DNA from: an uncultured Candidatus Sumerlaeota bacterium
GTDB lineage: Bacteria; Sumerlaeota; Sumerlaeia; MVZB01; JAJFLK01
Direction: 5' to 3'
DNA length: 64,000 nucleotides
NCBI GenBank assembly: GCA_964463045.1
Contig: CAYXAU010000001.1
Location: forward strand, 72,524 to 136,523
Position 1 is the stretch's first letter; each line of letters opens with the position of its first letter. Positions 17,285 to 26,233 of this stretch are shown here, piece by piece. The translations under genes were made by a program, and so were the position numbers. The notes under the pieces were generated by a model. That model saw nothing but the letters and a program-made list of their open reading frames with translations. It was not told where the DNA came from and did no database searches.

Positions 17285-18529
17285 ATGAGTCCCGCCACCG
17301 TCGTTGAAGTTTACCCCCCCGGGCTCGCGCGGCGCGGCAACGCCGAATGGAAGGCCCTGCACGACACGGCGCTGACGCCGAATTACGGCCCACGTCGAAT
17401 TGCTTTGGTCCGGGGTCAGGGCTCGCGCGTCTGGGACGCCGACGGCAAGGAGTATCTGGACTTCCTGACGGGGATCAGCGTGAACAACCTCGGACACTGC
17501 CACCCGCGCGTCACCGAGGCGATCCGCGAGCAGGCCGGGACGCTCGTTCACTGCACGAACCTCTATTACATTCCCGTCCAGATCGAGCTGGCCCATCTGC
17601 TGACGCAACACTGCTTCGCCGAACGGGTTTTCTTCGCCAACAGCGGGGCCGAAGCCAACGAGGCCGCCATCAAGATCGCGCGCCGCTGGGCGCGCGAGAA
17701 TCGCGGCCCGCACGTCAATCACATCGTCTCGATGCGCGGCTCTTTTCACGGCCGCACGGTGACGACGCTTTCGGCCACGGGCCAGGATAAGGTCTGGAAG
17801 AATTTCTATCCGTTGGCCCGTCATTTCTACTTCGCCCCCTTCAACGATCTGGCCGCCGTCGAGCGGTTGATGAACCCCAGAACCTGCGCCGTCATCGTCG
17901 AGCCCATCCAGGGCGAGGGGGGAATTCACCCGGCGACGCCGGAGTTTCTCGAAGGGCTCCGGCGGCTGTGTTCTGAGCGCCGCGTTCTCCTGATCTTCGA
18001 TGAGGTGCAGTGCGGCCTGGGTCGCGCCGGCAGCCTGTTCGCCCATCAGGCCTATCGAGTCGAGCCCGACATCATGACGTTGGCCAAGAGTCTGGGCGGC
18101 GGCCTCGCCATGGGAGCCATGCTGACGTCGGCCGCCGTCGCCGAGGCTTTCCCCCCGGGCTCGCATGCCTCGACGATGGGGGGCAATCCGCTGACGAGCG
18201 CCGCCGCGCTGGCCTATTTGAAGGAGCTGATCGGCGGCGACTACGCCGGTCAGGCCCGCGAGACGGGCGAGTACTTCTTCGACCGGCTCGAAGCCGCGCT
18301 GGCCGGCTGCGACAACGTGATCGACATCCGGGGACGTGGCCTCATGATCGGCATCGAGATTCGTCGAGGCGGCCCCGGGATCGTCCAAGCCTGCGAGGAG
18401 GCCGGCCTGCTGATCAACTTGACCGCCGGAACCACCCTGAGACTCATGCCCCCGCTCAACGTCGCGCGCGAGGATATCGACGCCGCCGTGGATATTCTTG
18501 TCCCCCGCCTTCGCGCGGCGGAGGACTGA
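17285..18529 (+). CDS. argD: Acetylornithine aminotransferase (class-III PLP aminotransferase).
   Basis: Motifs are GISVNNLGHCHP, FFANSGAEANEAA, DEVQCGLGRAG and TLAKSLGGG (PLP-Lys). ornithine carbamoyltransferase is the next gene. Confidence 0.85.
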   Translation: MSPATVVEVYPPGLARRGNAEWKALHDTALTPNYGPRRIALVRGQGSRVWDADGKEYLDFLTGISVNNLGHCHPRVTEAIREQAGTLVHCTNLYYIPVQIELAHLLTQHCFAERVFFANSGAEANEAAIKIARRWARENRGPHVNHIVSMRGSFHGRTVTTLSATGQDKVWKNFYPLARHFYFAPFNDLAAVERLMNPRTCAVIVEPIQGEGGIHPATPEFLEGLRRLCSERRVLLIFDEVQCGLGRAGSLFAHQAYRVEPDIMTLAKSLGGGLAMGAMLTSAAVAEAFPPGSHASTMGGNPLTSAAALAYLKELIGGDYAGQARETGEYFFDRLEAALAGCDNVIDIRGRGLMIGIEIRRGGPGIVQACEEAGLLINLTAGTTLRLMPPLNVAREDIDAAVDILVPRLRAAED

Positions 18530-18563
18530 AACCCGGCCCGGCCCACGCCGCCGGCCCCAGACG

Positions 18564-19520
18564 ATGGCAACCACGCTCAACTGCCGACGCACCACCAAGC
18601 GCGATCTCCGGCGCGCCGGGGACCTCTCGACCGACGACGTCGAGGTCATTTTCGAGCTTGCCAGCGTCTTCAAGGCCGCCCGCGAACGGGGCGAGCCGAG
18701 CGCCGCGCTCCGCGGCAAGGCCCTCGCCCTCATTTTCGAAAAGCCCTCCCTTCGCACGCGCAGCACGTTCGAGCTCGGCATGGTCCAACTGGGGGGTCAC
18801 GCCGTCTATCTTGCCCCACAGGAGATCGGCCTCGGCCGACGTGAAACCCCGCGGGACATCGCCCGTAACATCGAGCGATGGTTCGATCTCGTCGCCGCCC
18901 GGACGTTTCTCCAAGCCACCATCGACGAGTTGGCTGATCACTGCCGCCTGCCGGTCATCAATGCCTTGTCCGACGAAGAGCACCCCTGCCAGGCGCTGGC
19001 CGACTATCTCACGCTCAGAGAGCATTTCGGCTCCGGCGAGGGCCGACGCCTCACCTACCTCGGCGACGGCAACAACATCTGCCATTCGCTCATCACGCTG
19101 GGGGCCCGCCTCGGTCATCATCTGACGGTCTGCACGCCGCGCGGTTACGAACCCCGGCCGGATATCGTGCGGACCGCTCAGGCCGACCTGAAACGCTCCG
19201 GCGGGTCGCTGCATTGGACGGACGACCCGGCCGCCGCCGTCGCTCGCGCCGAGGTCATTTACACCGACGTCTGGACCAGCATGGGCCAGGAGGCCGAGCA
19301 GGAGGCCCGCCGCCGCGTTTTCGAGCCCTATCAGGTCAACGCGGCGCTCGTGGCCAAGGCCCCCCGCGGCGCGCTCATCATGCACGACCTGCCGGCGCGA
19401 CGCGGCGAAGAGATCACCGACGAAATCCTCGATGGGCCCCATTGCCTGGCCTTCGACCAGGCGGAGAACCGCCTGCACGCGCAGAAGGGGGTCCTGGCGT
19501 TCCTGAGCGGCTTGGCCTGA
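18564..19520 (+). CDS. argF: Ornithine carbamoyltransferase.
   Basis: STRTRSTFE is the carbamoyl-phosphate site. HPCQALAD and HDLPA motifs are present. ATG at 18564. Confidence 0.85.
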   Translation: MATTLNCRRTTKRDLRRAGDLSTDDVEVIFELASVFKAARERGEPSAALRGKALALIFEKPSLRTRSTFELGMVQLGGHAVYLAPQEIGLGRRETPRDIARNIERWFDLVAARTFLQATIDELADHCRLPVINALSDEEHPCQALADYLTLREHFGSGEGRRLTYLGDGNNICHSLITLGARLGHHLTVCTPRGYEPRPDIVRTAQADLKRSGGSLHWTDDPAAAVARAEVIYTDVWTSMGQEAEQEARRRVFEPYQVNAALVAKAPRGALIMHDLPARRGEEITDEILDGPHCLAFDQAENRLHAQKGVLAFLSGLA

Positions 19521-19543
19521 GACGTTTCGACGCGAGCGGGGCC

Positions 19544-20221
19544 GTGGCGAAGCTCAAAGCGCCGACCATCGAAGTCCAGGGACGGCGCTATCTGCGCTTG
19601 CCGATCCGGACTCACCGATTGACCGAAGCCGACGACATCGCCCAGGTGATCGATCATTACTCAGCCGCGGAACGCCGGCCCGGCGACATCGTCTTCGTCA
19701 GCGAAAAGGCCGTGGCGGTGACCCAAGGCCGCGCCATCCCGGTCGACCGCATCCGCGTCGGGCTCCTGGCGCGGCTCCTTTGGCGCGGCGTCCGCAAGGT
19801 GCCTTACGGCGTCGGCTTGCGGTCGCCGACGTCCATGCAGTGCGCCATCGATGAATGTGGAGCGGCCAGGATCGTCCTGGCCGCCGCAGTCGGCGCGCTC
19901 GGTAAACTCCTCGGCCGGCGCGGGGACTTCTATCGCGTCGCCGGCATGCAGGCCGCCACGATCGACGCCGCCGGGACTTCCCCTTTGCAGCCCGATTGCG
20001 TCATCCTGGGCCCGAAAAACCCCGAAGCCGTGGCCCAGGCGATCGCCGAACGCGTCGGCCTCCCGGCCGCGGTCGTCGACGTCAACGATATCGCCGGGGC
20101 CTGGGTGCTCGGAGCCCACAACGCACAGGATCAACCGCGCCTGGCGGCGATCCTCGCCGACAACCCCCTGGGCCAAAAAGATGAGCAGACCCCGTTCGGA
20201 TTGATTCGGGAGATCTCCTGA
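19544..20221 (+). CDS. CofE-like (F420-0:gamma-glutamyl ligase family) domain protein. Assignment tentative; GTG start.
   Basis: IVFVSEKAVAVTQGRAIP and a C-terminal VILGPKNPEAVAQAIAERVGLPAAVVDVND resemble CofE/FbiB N-domain motifs. GTG at 19544 lies just after the argF stop. Confidence 0.45.
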   Translation: MAKLKAPTIEVQGRRYLRLPIRTHRLTEADDIAQVIDHYSAAERRPGDIVFVSEKAVAVTQGRAIPVDRIRVGLLARLLWRGVRKVPYGVGLRSPTSMQCAIDECGAARIVLAAAVGALGKLLGRRGDFYRVAGMQAATIDAAGTSPLQPDCVILGPKNPEAVAQAIAERVGLPAAVVDVNDIAGAWVLGAHNAQDQPRLAAILADNPLGQKDEQTPFGLIREIS

Positions 20222-20257
20222 CGGGCCTCCCGCCCCGGGAGGGGCCGCTCAAGGTTC

Positions 20258-21274
20258 ATGCTCGGTTTTCTCGCCCGACGATTCTTCCAGACCTTGCTCA
20301 GCCTAGCGCTGATCAGCCTGGTCGTCTTCGTCATGCTCCATGCGATCGGCGATCCCGTGGCCTATCTGCTGCCGAGAACGGCCTCGGCGCGGGACCGGGA
20401 AAACCTGCGGCGTGAACTCGGGCTCGACCGTCCGATGCTCATCCAATACGGCCTTTTTCTTCGGCGCGCGGCTCGCGGGGATTTCGGGCATTCCTATTAT
20501 CAGGGCCGACCGGTGATGGAGCTTATCGCCGAGCGCGCCCCCGCCACGATCGAACTGGCCTCGCTGGCCCTCCTCATCTCCGTTGCCCTCGGCGTGCCGC
20601 TCGGCGTCTTCTGTGGCGCCCGGCCGCGCCATCCGTGCGCGCGGGTCGTTCTGGGCGGCTCCATGATCGGCATCTCGCTGCCGACCTTCTGGCTGGGGCT
20701 TATCTTGATGATGTACCTGGCCGTGGACCGGGGTTGGATGCCCGGTCCGTTGGCCGCGGCCACGGCGTGGGCGCCGACCAGCGGCCGCGGCGAGACGCGG
20801 ACGCTTCTGTCCGTACGGTGGAGCTTTCTGACGCGCGATGGGCTCGCCCACATGATCCTGCCGGCGACCACGTTGGCCTTGCACCACGTCGCGCTGTTGA
20901 TCCGCCTGGTCCGCTCCGAGATGTTCGAGACGCTCGGCCAGCCCTTCATCCGCGTCAAACGCTCCTACGGCCTGCCGGAGCGGTCCGTCATCGGCCGCCA
21001 CGCCATGCGCAACACGCTCATCCCCATCGTCACGGTCACCGGCGTGGAATTCGGCCAGCTTCTGGCCTTCTCGGTCGTGACGGAGACCATTTTTCAATGG
21101 CCGGGCCTCGGCAAATTGCTCATCGATTCCATCTTCGTGGATCGGCCGCTGGTGCTCGCCTATCTGATGCTGACGGGCGTCGTCTTCCTCGCCATCAACT
21201 TCGCCGTCGACCTGACCTACGCGCTGATCGATCCCCGCATTCGCCTGGCCGGCGACACCCGAGCCTTATCGTGA
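20258..21274 (+). CDS. ABC transporter permease, Opp/Dpp (BPD_transp_1) family. No cognate ATPase or binding protein is adjacent.
   Basis: Six TM segments. The EAA-like loop is ALHHVALLIRLVRSEMFETLGQPFIRVKRSYGLPERSVIGRHAMRN. The N-terminus MLGFLARRFFQTLLSLALISLVVFV matches DppB/OppB. Confidence 0.8.
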   Translation: MLGFLARRFFQTLLSLALISLVVFVMLHAIGDPVAYLLPRTASARDRENLRRELGLDRPMLIQYGLFLRRAARGDFGHSYYQGRPVMELIAERAPATIELASLALLISVALGVPLGVFCGARPRHPCARVVLGGSMIGISLPTFWLGLILMMYLAVDRGWMPGPLAAATAWAPTSGRGETRTLLSVRWSFLTRDGLAHMILPATTLALHHVALLIRLVRSEMFETLGQPFIRVKRSYGLPERSVIGRHAMRNTLIPIVTVTGVEFGQLLAFSVVTETIFQWPGLGKLLIDSIFVDRPLVLAYLMLTGVVFLAINFAVDLTYALIDPRIRLAGDTRALS

Positions 21275-22392
21275 CCATCGCCTATTACGTCTCCGCCCAC
21301 GGCTTCGGCCATTTTGTTCGCTCCTCGGAGGTCATGAAGTCGCTGCCGCCGGACGTTCCACTGCTGATCCGATCGGCGGTGCCCGAATGGTTCCGGGATC
21401 AACAACTGAAGGAGAGGGACCATGCATGGCTGCAGGCGGAGTTCGACTGCGGGACGTTGGGCCCCGATAGCCTGACGGTCGATGCTTCGGCGACCTTTGA
21501 CCGGGCGCAAGCGCTGGCCCGCCGTAACGCCGGGCGCGCCGACGACGAGGCCCGCCTCCTGGAGCGCCACGGCGTTCGGGTTCTGGTGAGCGATATCCCC
21601 GCCTTCCCTTTGACCGTCGCCCGCCGCCTCGGCGTTCCCTCGGTCGTGATCACCAATTTCACCTGGGCCGAGATTTACGCCGAAATCGTCCGTCACCGGC
21701 GACGCGCCGGTGATTTTTCGCTGGCCGATAGGGGAGAGCGTCTCGTCGAGGCCCTGAGCGCCGAGTACGCCCAGGCCGATCTGCTTCTGGCTCCGGGCCT
21801 CGCTCTGGAAATGCCCGCCTTCGCCCGTCGGCGTGACGTTCCGATCGTCGCCCGCCGAGGTCGTCCGCGCCGCGCCGAGATATGCCGGCTCCTGTCGCTC
21901 GATCCGGAGCGGCCCCTGGTCCTTCTTTACCTCGGCCGTGAGGGCCTCACGGACCTGGATTGGTCGGCCCTCGACCGTCTGCGTGAAGTTCAATTTGTCG
22001 GCTTCGGCGCCGTCGAAGGCCCGGCCACGGGCATCATCCATGCGTTGCCGGACGAACGAATCCCGCACGCCGACGTGACCGCCAGCGTCGACTTCGTCAT
22101 CGGCAAATTGGGATATTCACTGTGCGCCGAGTGCCTCGCGCTCGGCAAACCGCTGATCTTCCCCCCCCGGCCCGATTTCGTTGAGCACGAGGCGCTGGGG
22201 GCGGGGATGATGACTCACGGGTTGGGGGTGCCGCTCTCGGCCGCGAGCTTCCGCCGGGGCGATTGGGCGGAGCCGCTGGCGAAGGCTCGCGCCCTGGCCG
22301 CTCATGCCATCCCTCCCCCCTGCGACGGGGCTCAAGTCTGTGCCTCGATCCTGGCGGTCGCCTGGGCGTCTGGCCGGCTGAACGGCGTTTGA
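21271..22392 (+). CDS. GT-B fold glycosyltransferase (GT1/GT28-like, MurG/MGT-type).
   Basis: GTG start overlaps the permease stop (GTGA). The N-terminus IAYYVSAHGFGHFVRS is a Gly-rich NDP-sugar-acceptor loop typical of GT1/GT28. The C-terminus FVIGKLGYSLCAECLALGKPLIF is donor-binding. Family assignment is approximate. Confidence 0.55.
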   Translation: MTIAYYVSAHGFGHFVRSSEVMKSLPPDVPLLIRSAVPEWFRDQQLKERDHAWLQAEFDCGTLGPDSLTVDASATFDRAQALARRNAGRADDEARLLERHGVRVLVSDIPAFPLTVARRLGVPSVVITNFTWAEIYAEIVRHRRRAGDFSLADRGERLVEALSAEYAQADLLLAPGLALEMPAFARRRDVPIVARRGRPRRAEICRLLSLDPERPLVLLYLGREGLTDLDWSALDRLREVQFVGFGAVEGPATGIIHALPDERIPHADVTASVDFVIGKLGYSLCAECLALGKPLIFPPRPDFVEHEALGAGMMTHGLGVPLSAASFRRGDWAEPLAKARALAAHAIPPPCDGAQVCASILAVAWASGRLNGV

Positions 22393-22500
22393 TTCTCCTG
22401 CCCGGGGAAACCAACCCCTTTTCTGGCGCGTGTCGGTCAAGGCTTGTCCGTGCCGTCGAGCCCCATCGGACGGTGAAGCGACGACGCTCCAGGCGTCCGG

Positions 22501-23958
22501 TTAGTCGTAAGGCTCATTCAGCGTCTGCAAAAAGGTGAGGAGCCGCGGGATGTCATCACGGCTTACCGTCATCAGGGCGAACTCGACGTCCCCGGAGCGG
22601 AGCTGCCTGCTCTGCGCCGGCGGCCCGGCCGATGGCGTTTCCCCCTGCGTAGGGGACTGAACCGTCAGCAATCGGCGACGCCCGGACCGAGCCAGCTCCG
22701 AGGCCGAGACGACCGCCTCAAGAGCCGCCTCCAGCGTGGCGAAGGCCCCGTTGTGCATGTAGGGACCCGTGAGCGCGAGGTTCCGCAACGTGGGGGTTTT
22801 GAAGGTTGCGATCATTCGGGCGAGGAATTCCGTTTCGGTCTCCGTTGACAGGCGAAGCGGTGAATTGGCGGGATCGACGAAGTTCCAGAAGCCGAGGTCC
22901 GCCCAGTCCGGATGAGATCGATCGGGGGGTCGCCGGAACCGCTCCGCCGGGCGCTCGATTTCCTCCGGACCGGGGATCGGCAATCGCTCGAAACCCCCCG
23001 CCCCATGGACACGGTCGTACTCGGCCTGCGTGATTCCCGTGTTGTGGAACTTGAAATCGGTGAACAGCGGCGGCGTGTGGCAGACGACACAATTCCCTGC
23101 CGAGCGTAGCCCGCCGGGCCGGAAGAAAATCTTGAACCCAGCCAGGGCTTGCTCAGAAAAACCATCGACCAGCGCCAGCCGACCCTGGGCCTCGAGGACT
23201 TCGACCCGGTCCAGCAGCCGCTTCGAATAGGATTTCGGGTTCTCCCCTGGGCCGGGGGCATCGTCCAGGGCATTGGTACGGATAAAGGCGTCGTAGGGGG
23301 CCTCCCGCCGAGTCCTGAGGCTGCCCATATAATCGGCGATCGAGCGAGCAATCCAATCGAGCGACTCCTCGGCGCTAAGGTCTTCTAAATCAATTCCATA
23401 GGTCGCCCTGAACTGCTGTCGGTAGGAACCCTCGGCCCCGGGGCCCTCGCCGACGTCCTTGAGCAACACCCCTCGGATCTGGCTCAGCGCCTCGGTCCGC
23501 TCAGGGGGGAGCCAGCCCATGTTCCGTCCGGTGAGCGTCCCCTTGACCAACCCCTCCAGGGAGTCGAACTCGCCGTCCCAATGGAGCCGCGGCATCAACT
23601 CGACGTCCAGAAGGGTAGGGGAGTTCCGGGGCTCGGTTCGTTCCGGGGCGTCGGGCCGCCAAGGCATCCAGCTCCGGGATTGGAAGTCCGTATAGGCTCG
23701 AAGCCCCTGTGGGTCCTCGTCCACCAGATGGCACTGGCGACAGCCGTGCGCCAGGTCGCCCTTGGGGCTGGCGAAGCGGCTGTCCATGAACAGCCGTTCT
23801 CCGAGCCGAACTTCCGGGGGGTCCTCGACGGGTTCGGAAGTTTTGGTGTTGTCCGTTGCCCCAAGTCCTTGGACGACAAAGCTTAAGAGGGCGATAGAGG
23901 CGATGAGTCGGGGTCGCGTTCTGGGGGTTTGCCTTGCGTTGTTGAAACTGATTCTCAT
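22501..23958 (-). CDS. Di-haem cytochrome c peroxidase (CCP/MauG family).
   Basis: Two CXXCH motifs (CRQCH and CVVCH) are present. The TPTLRN and PYMHNGAF motifs are conserved in bacterial CCPs. An N-terminal signal peptide follows ATG at 23958. Confidence 0.85.
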   Translation of the reverse strand: MRISFNNARQTPRTRPRLIASIALLSFVVQGLGATDNTKTSEPVEDPPEVRLGERLFMDSRFASPKGDLAHGCRQCHLVDEDPQGLRAYTDFQSRSWMPWRPDAPERTEPRNSPTLLDVELMPRLHWDGEFDSLEGLVKGTLTGRNMGWLPPERTEALSQIRGVLLKDVGEGPGAEGSYRQQFRATYGIDLEDLSAEESLDWIARSIADYMGSLRTRREAPYDAFIRTNALDDAPGPGENPKSYSKRLLDRVEVLEAQGRLALVDGFSEQALAGFKIFFRPGGLRSAGNCVVCHTPPLFTDFKFHNTGITQAEYDRVHGAGGFERLPIPGPEEIERPAERFRRPPDRSHPDWADLGFWNFVDPANSPLRLSTETETEFLARMIATFKTPTLRNLALTGPYMHNGAFATLEAALEAVVSASELARSGRRRLLTVQSPTQGETPSAGPPAQSRQLRSGDVEFALMTVSRDDIPRLLTFLQTLNEPYD

Positions 23959-24178
23959 TCTCAAGTCAGTCTGGACCTTATCGGACCTCCTTCGGACTTT
24001 CAAGCGATTTATGTCTCGGCTGTCCTCCCAATCCACCCGGCCTCCCGCCCAAAGCTCGCCGCCGCCGGATTTCCCCCTCTCGCTCCCCCAGGTCCGCCAT
24101 CCTTGACCTGCCGAAGATCAGCGCGGATGCTCAACCCCGCCGAGGGGAATTCATCCCGCAGGCTCACTTCGCCGGTCC

Positions 24179-26107
24179 ATGTGTGGCATCGTCGGCCTGA
24201 TTGATCCCGAGCGTCGCCGCGAGGACGTGGAAACTTCGTTGCGGCGGATGGCGGCCACGCTGACGCATCGCGGTCCGGACGACGAGGGCTTCCTCAGCGC
24301 CGACGGCAGCGGCGTCGGGATGCGCCGTTTGAGCATCATCGACGTGGCTGGCGGTCGCCAGCCCCTATCGAACGAGACGGGAACCCTGCATCTCGTCCTC
24401 AACGGCGAGATTTACAACCACCTGGACCTCCGCCGGGAGCTGGAGAGCAAGGGCCATGTCTTCCGAACTCGGTCCGACGCCGAGGCCGCCCTTCACGGTT
24501 ATGAAGCCTGGGGGCCGGACGTCTGCCGCCGCCTGGACGGCATGTTCGCTCTCTGCCTCTACGATGCCCAGGGGCCCTCTTTCTTTCTGGCGCGGGACCG
24601 GTTGGGTAAGAAGCCCCTTTATTACGCCCGACTCAGCTCGGGGGGGCTCGCCTTCGGTTCCGAAATCAAGGCGCTTCTGGCCCTCGGGGGGATTGACCGC
24701 CGCCCGTGCTTGCCGGCGCTCTATCATTACCTGACGCTCCAATACGTCCCGGACCCGCTGTCGGCCTTCGAGGGAATCCTGAAACTGCCGCCCGCACATG
24801 CTTTGGCCTGGCGCCCCGGTGAGGCCCAACCGACGCCCCGGCGCTATTGGCAGTTGGAGTATGAGCCGAAAGCGCCCTTGGCGGAGGCCGAGGCGGCTCA
24901 GCGGCTTCGGTCCCACCTGGAGCGGGCCGTTCGCGCTCGACTGATGAGCGAGGTGCCGCTGGGAGCCTTCCTGAGCGGTGGCCTGGATTCCTCGATCGTC
25001 GTGGGGCTGATGGCCGAGGCCGCCGCCGGCCCGGTCAAGACGTTCTCCATCGGTTTCAAGGAGAGCGCCTTCAGTGAACTGCCGGATGCCCGCCGGGTGG
25101 CCGACCATTTTCAGACCGAGCATCATGAATTCATCGTCGAGCCCCGCGCGGTCGAGACGCTCCCCGCGCTCGTCGCCGCCTTCGATGAACCCTTTGCCGA
25201 TCCCTCGGCGTTGCCCGTCTGGTATCTCAGTGAATTGACGCGGCGCCAAGTCACGGTGGCGCTCAACGGCGACGGCGGCGACGAACTGTTCGCCGGCTAC
25301 CAGCGGTATGCGTTGGAGCCGTGGCTCCAGAGGTGGCGGCGGGTCCCGAAGTGGGGGCGGGCCCCGGTCGAAACTCTCCTGGCCCGGGGCCTCGCCACCT
25401 CCGGCGACGTTCCGATCGAACGGGACTGGCGGGCCGGGCTGAGGCGACTCTCCGAGGCGGCGGCGACCGATCCGCGCGCCAGCATCGTCGCCTGGGGATC
25501 GTACTTCTCGGAGCCGTGGAAGCGGGAGTGGCTCAGTTCGGATTTTCTCGAGGCCGTCGGGTCCGTGGATTCGGAAGGATGGATCGCCAAGGCCCATGAG
25601 GCGGCGGCGGCCAGAACGCCTTTGGACCGTGCGTTGGCGACCGACATCGCGACCTACCTGCCGGGCGATCTCCTGGTCAAGGTCGATCGGATGACGATGG
25701 CCCATTCGGTCGAGGCCCGATCCCCCTTCCTCGATCATCACCTGGCGGAATTTGTCGCCCGCCTGCCGACGCCGATGAAGCTCCGATGGGGCCGCGGCAA
25801 AGCCCTCCTTCGGCGCGCCTTTCGGGATCGGCTCCCGGCCGAAGCCTTCGCCAAACCCAAACAGGGCTTCGGCGTTCCGGTGAGCGCCTGGTTCCGCCAG
25901 GGCCCGCTCGCCGATCGCTGGCGCGACCGACGGCCGAGCCTGAACGTCCGCGGGCTTTTCAAGCCCGGGGCGTTGGATCGACTCTCGGCCGAGCACCACG
26001 CCGGCGCGGTCGATCACGGCAAGCGCCTCTGGGCGCTCCTGATGCTGGAAGAATGGTTCGAGCTGTATCAGGTGCAGGGAGCCCATCCAGGCTGCGCCGC
26101 CGTGTGA
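24179..26107 (+). CDS. asnB: Asparagine synthase (glutamine-hydrolysing) family amidotransferase.
   Basis: MCGIVG is the N-terminal nucleophile Cys2. SGGLDSS is the PP-loop. Length is 642 aa. Confidence 0.85.
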   Translation: MCGIVGLIDPERRREDVETSLRRMAATLTHRGPDDEGFLSADGSGVGMRRLSIIDVAGGRQPLSNETGTLHLVLNGEIYNHLDLRRELESKGHVFRTRSDAEAALHGYEAWGPDVCRRLDGMFALCLYDAQGPSFFLARDRLGKKPLYYARLSSGGLAFGSEIKALLALGGIDRRPCLPALYHYLTLQYVPDPLSAFEGILKLPPAHALAWRPGEAQPTPRRYWQLEYEPKAPLAEAEAAQRLRSHLERAVRARLMSEVPLGAFLSGGLDSSIVVGLMAEAAAGPVKTFSIGFKESAFSELPDARRVADHFQTEHHEFIVEPRAVETLPALVAAFDEPFADPSALPVWYLSELTRRQVTVALNGDGGDELFAGYQRYALEPWLQRWRRVPKWGRAPVETLLARGLATSGDVPIERDWRAGLRRLSEAAATDPRASIVAWGSYFSEPWKREWLSSDFLEAVGSVDSEGWIAKAHEAAAARTPLDRALATDIATYLPGDLLVKVDRMTMAHSVEARSPFLDHHLAEFVARLPTPMKLRWGRGKALLRRAFRDRLPAEAFAKPKQGFGVPVSAWFRQGPLADRWRDRRPSLNVRGLFKPGALDRLSAEHHAGAVDHGKRLWALLMLEEWFELYQVQGAHPGCAAV

Positions 26108-26136
26108 TTGACAGGTCCGGGAGCGCTCTTTAGCAT
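26108..26136 (+). promoter_or_regulatory. Candidate sigma70-type promoter (TTGACA-N17-TAGCAT) for the dehydrogenase-wecB pair.
   Basis: TTGACA at 26108-26113, a 17-nt spacer, then TAGCAT at 26131-26136. It lies about 95 nt upstream of the ATG at 26234 and overlaps the asnB stop. Confidence 0.3.
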
Positions 26137-26233
26137 CGCCCGCCCGGGCATTTCCTTCGAGGGTTCGCCCAGCGAGGGCGTTCGGGACCGTCCCGCGCCG
26201 GCTCAGGACGAATCTTGAAGAGGCGGAACAGGC

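Noticed and set aside
17279-18781. 500-aa minus-strand ORF antisense to argD.
   Set aside because: argD on the plus strand has unambiguous PLP-aminotransferase motifs, so the antisense ORF is an artefact.
24365-26086. 573-aa minus-strand ORF antisense to asnB.
   Set aside because: It is antisense to a motif-rich asparagine synthase gene.
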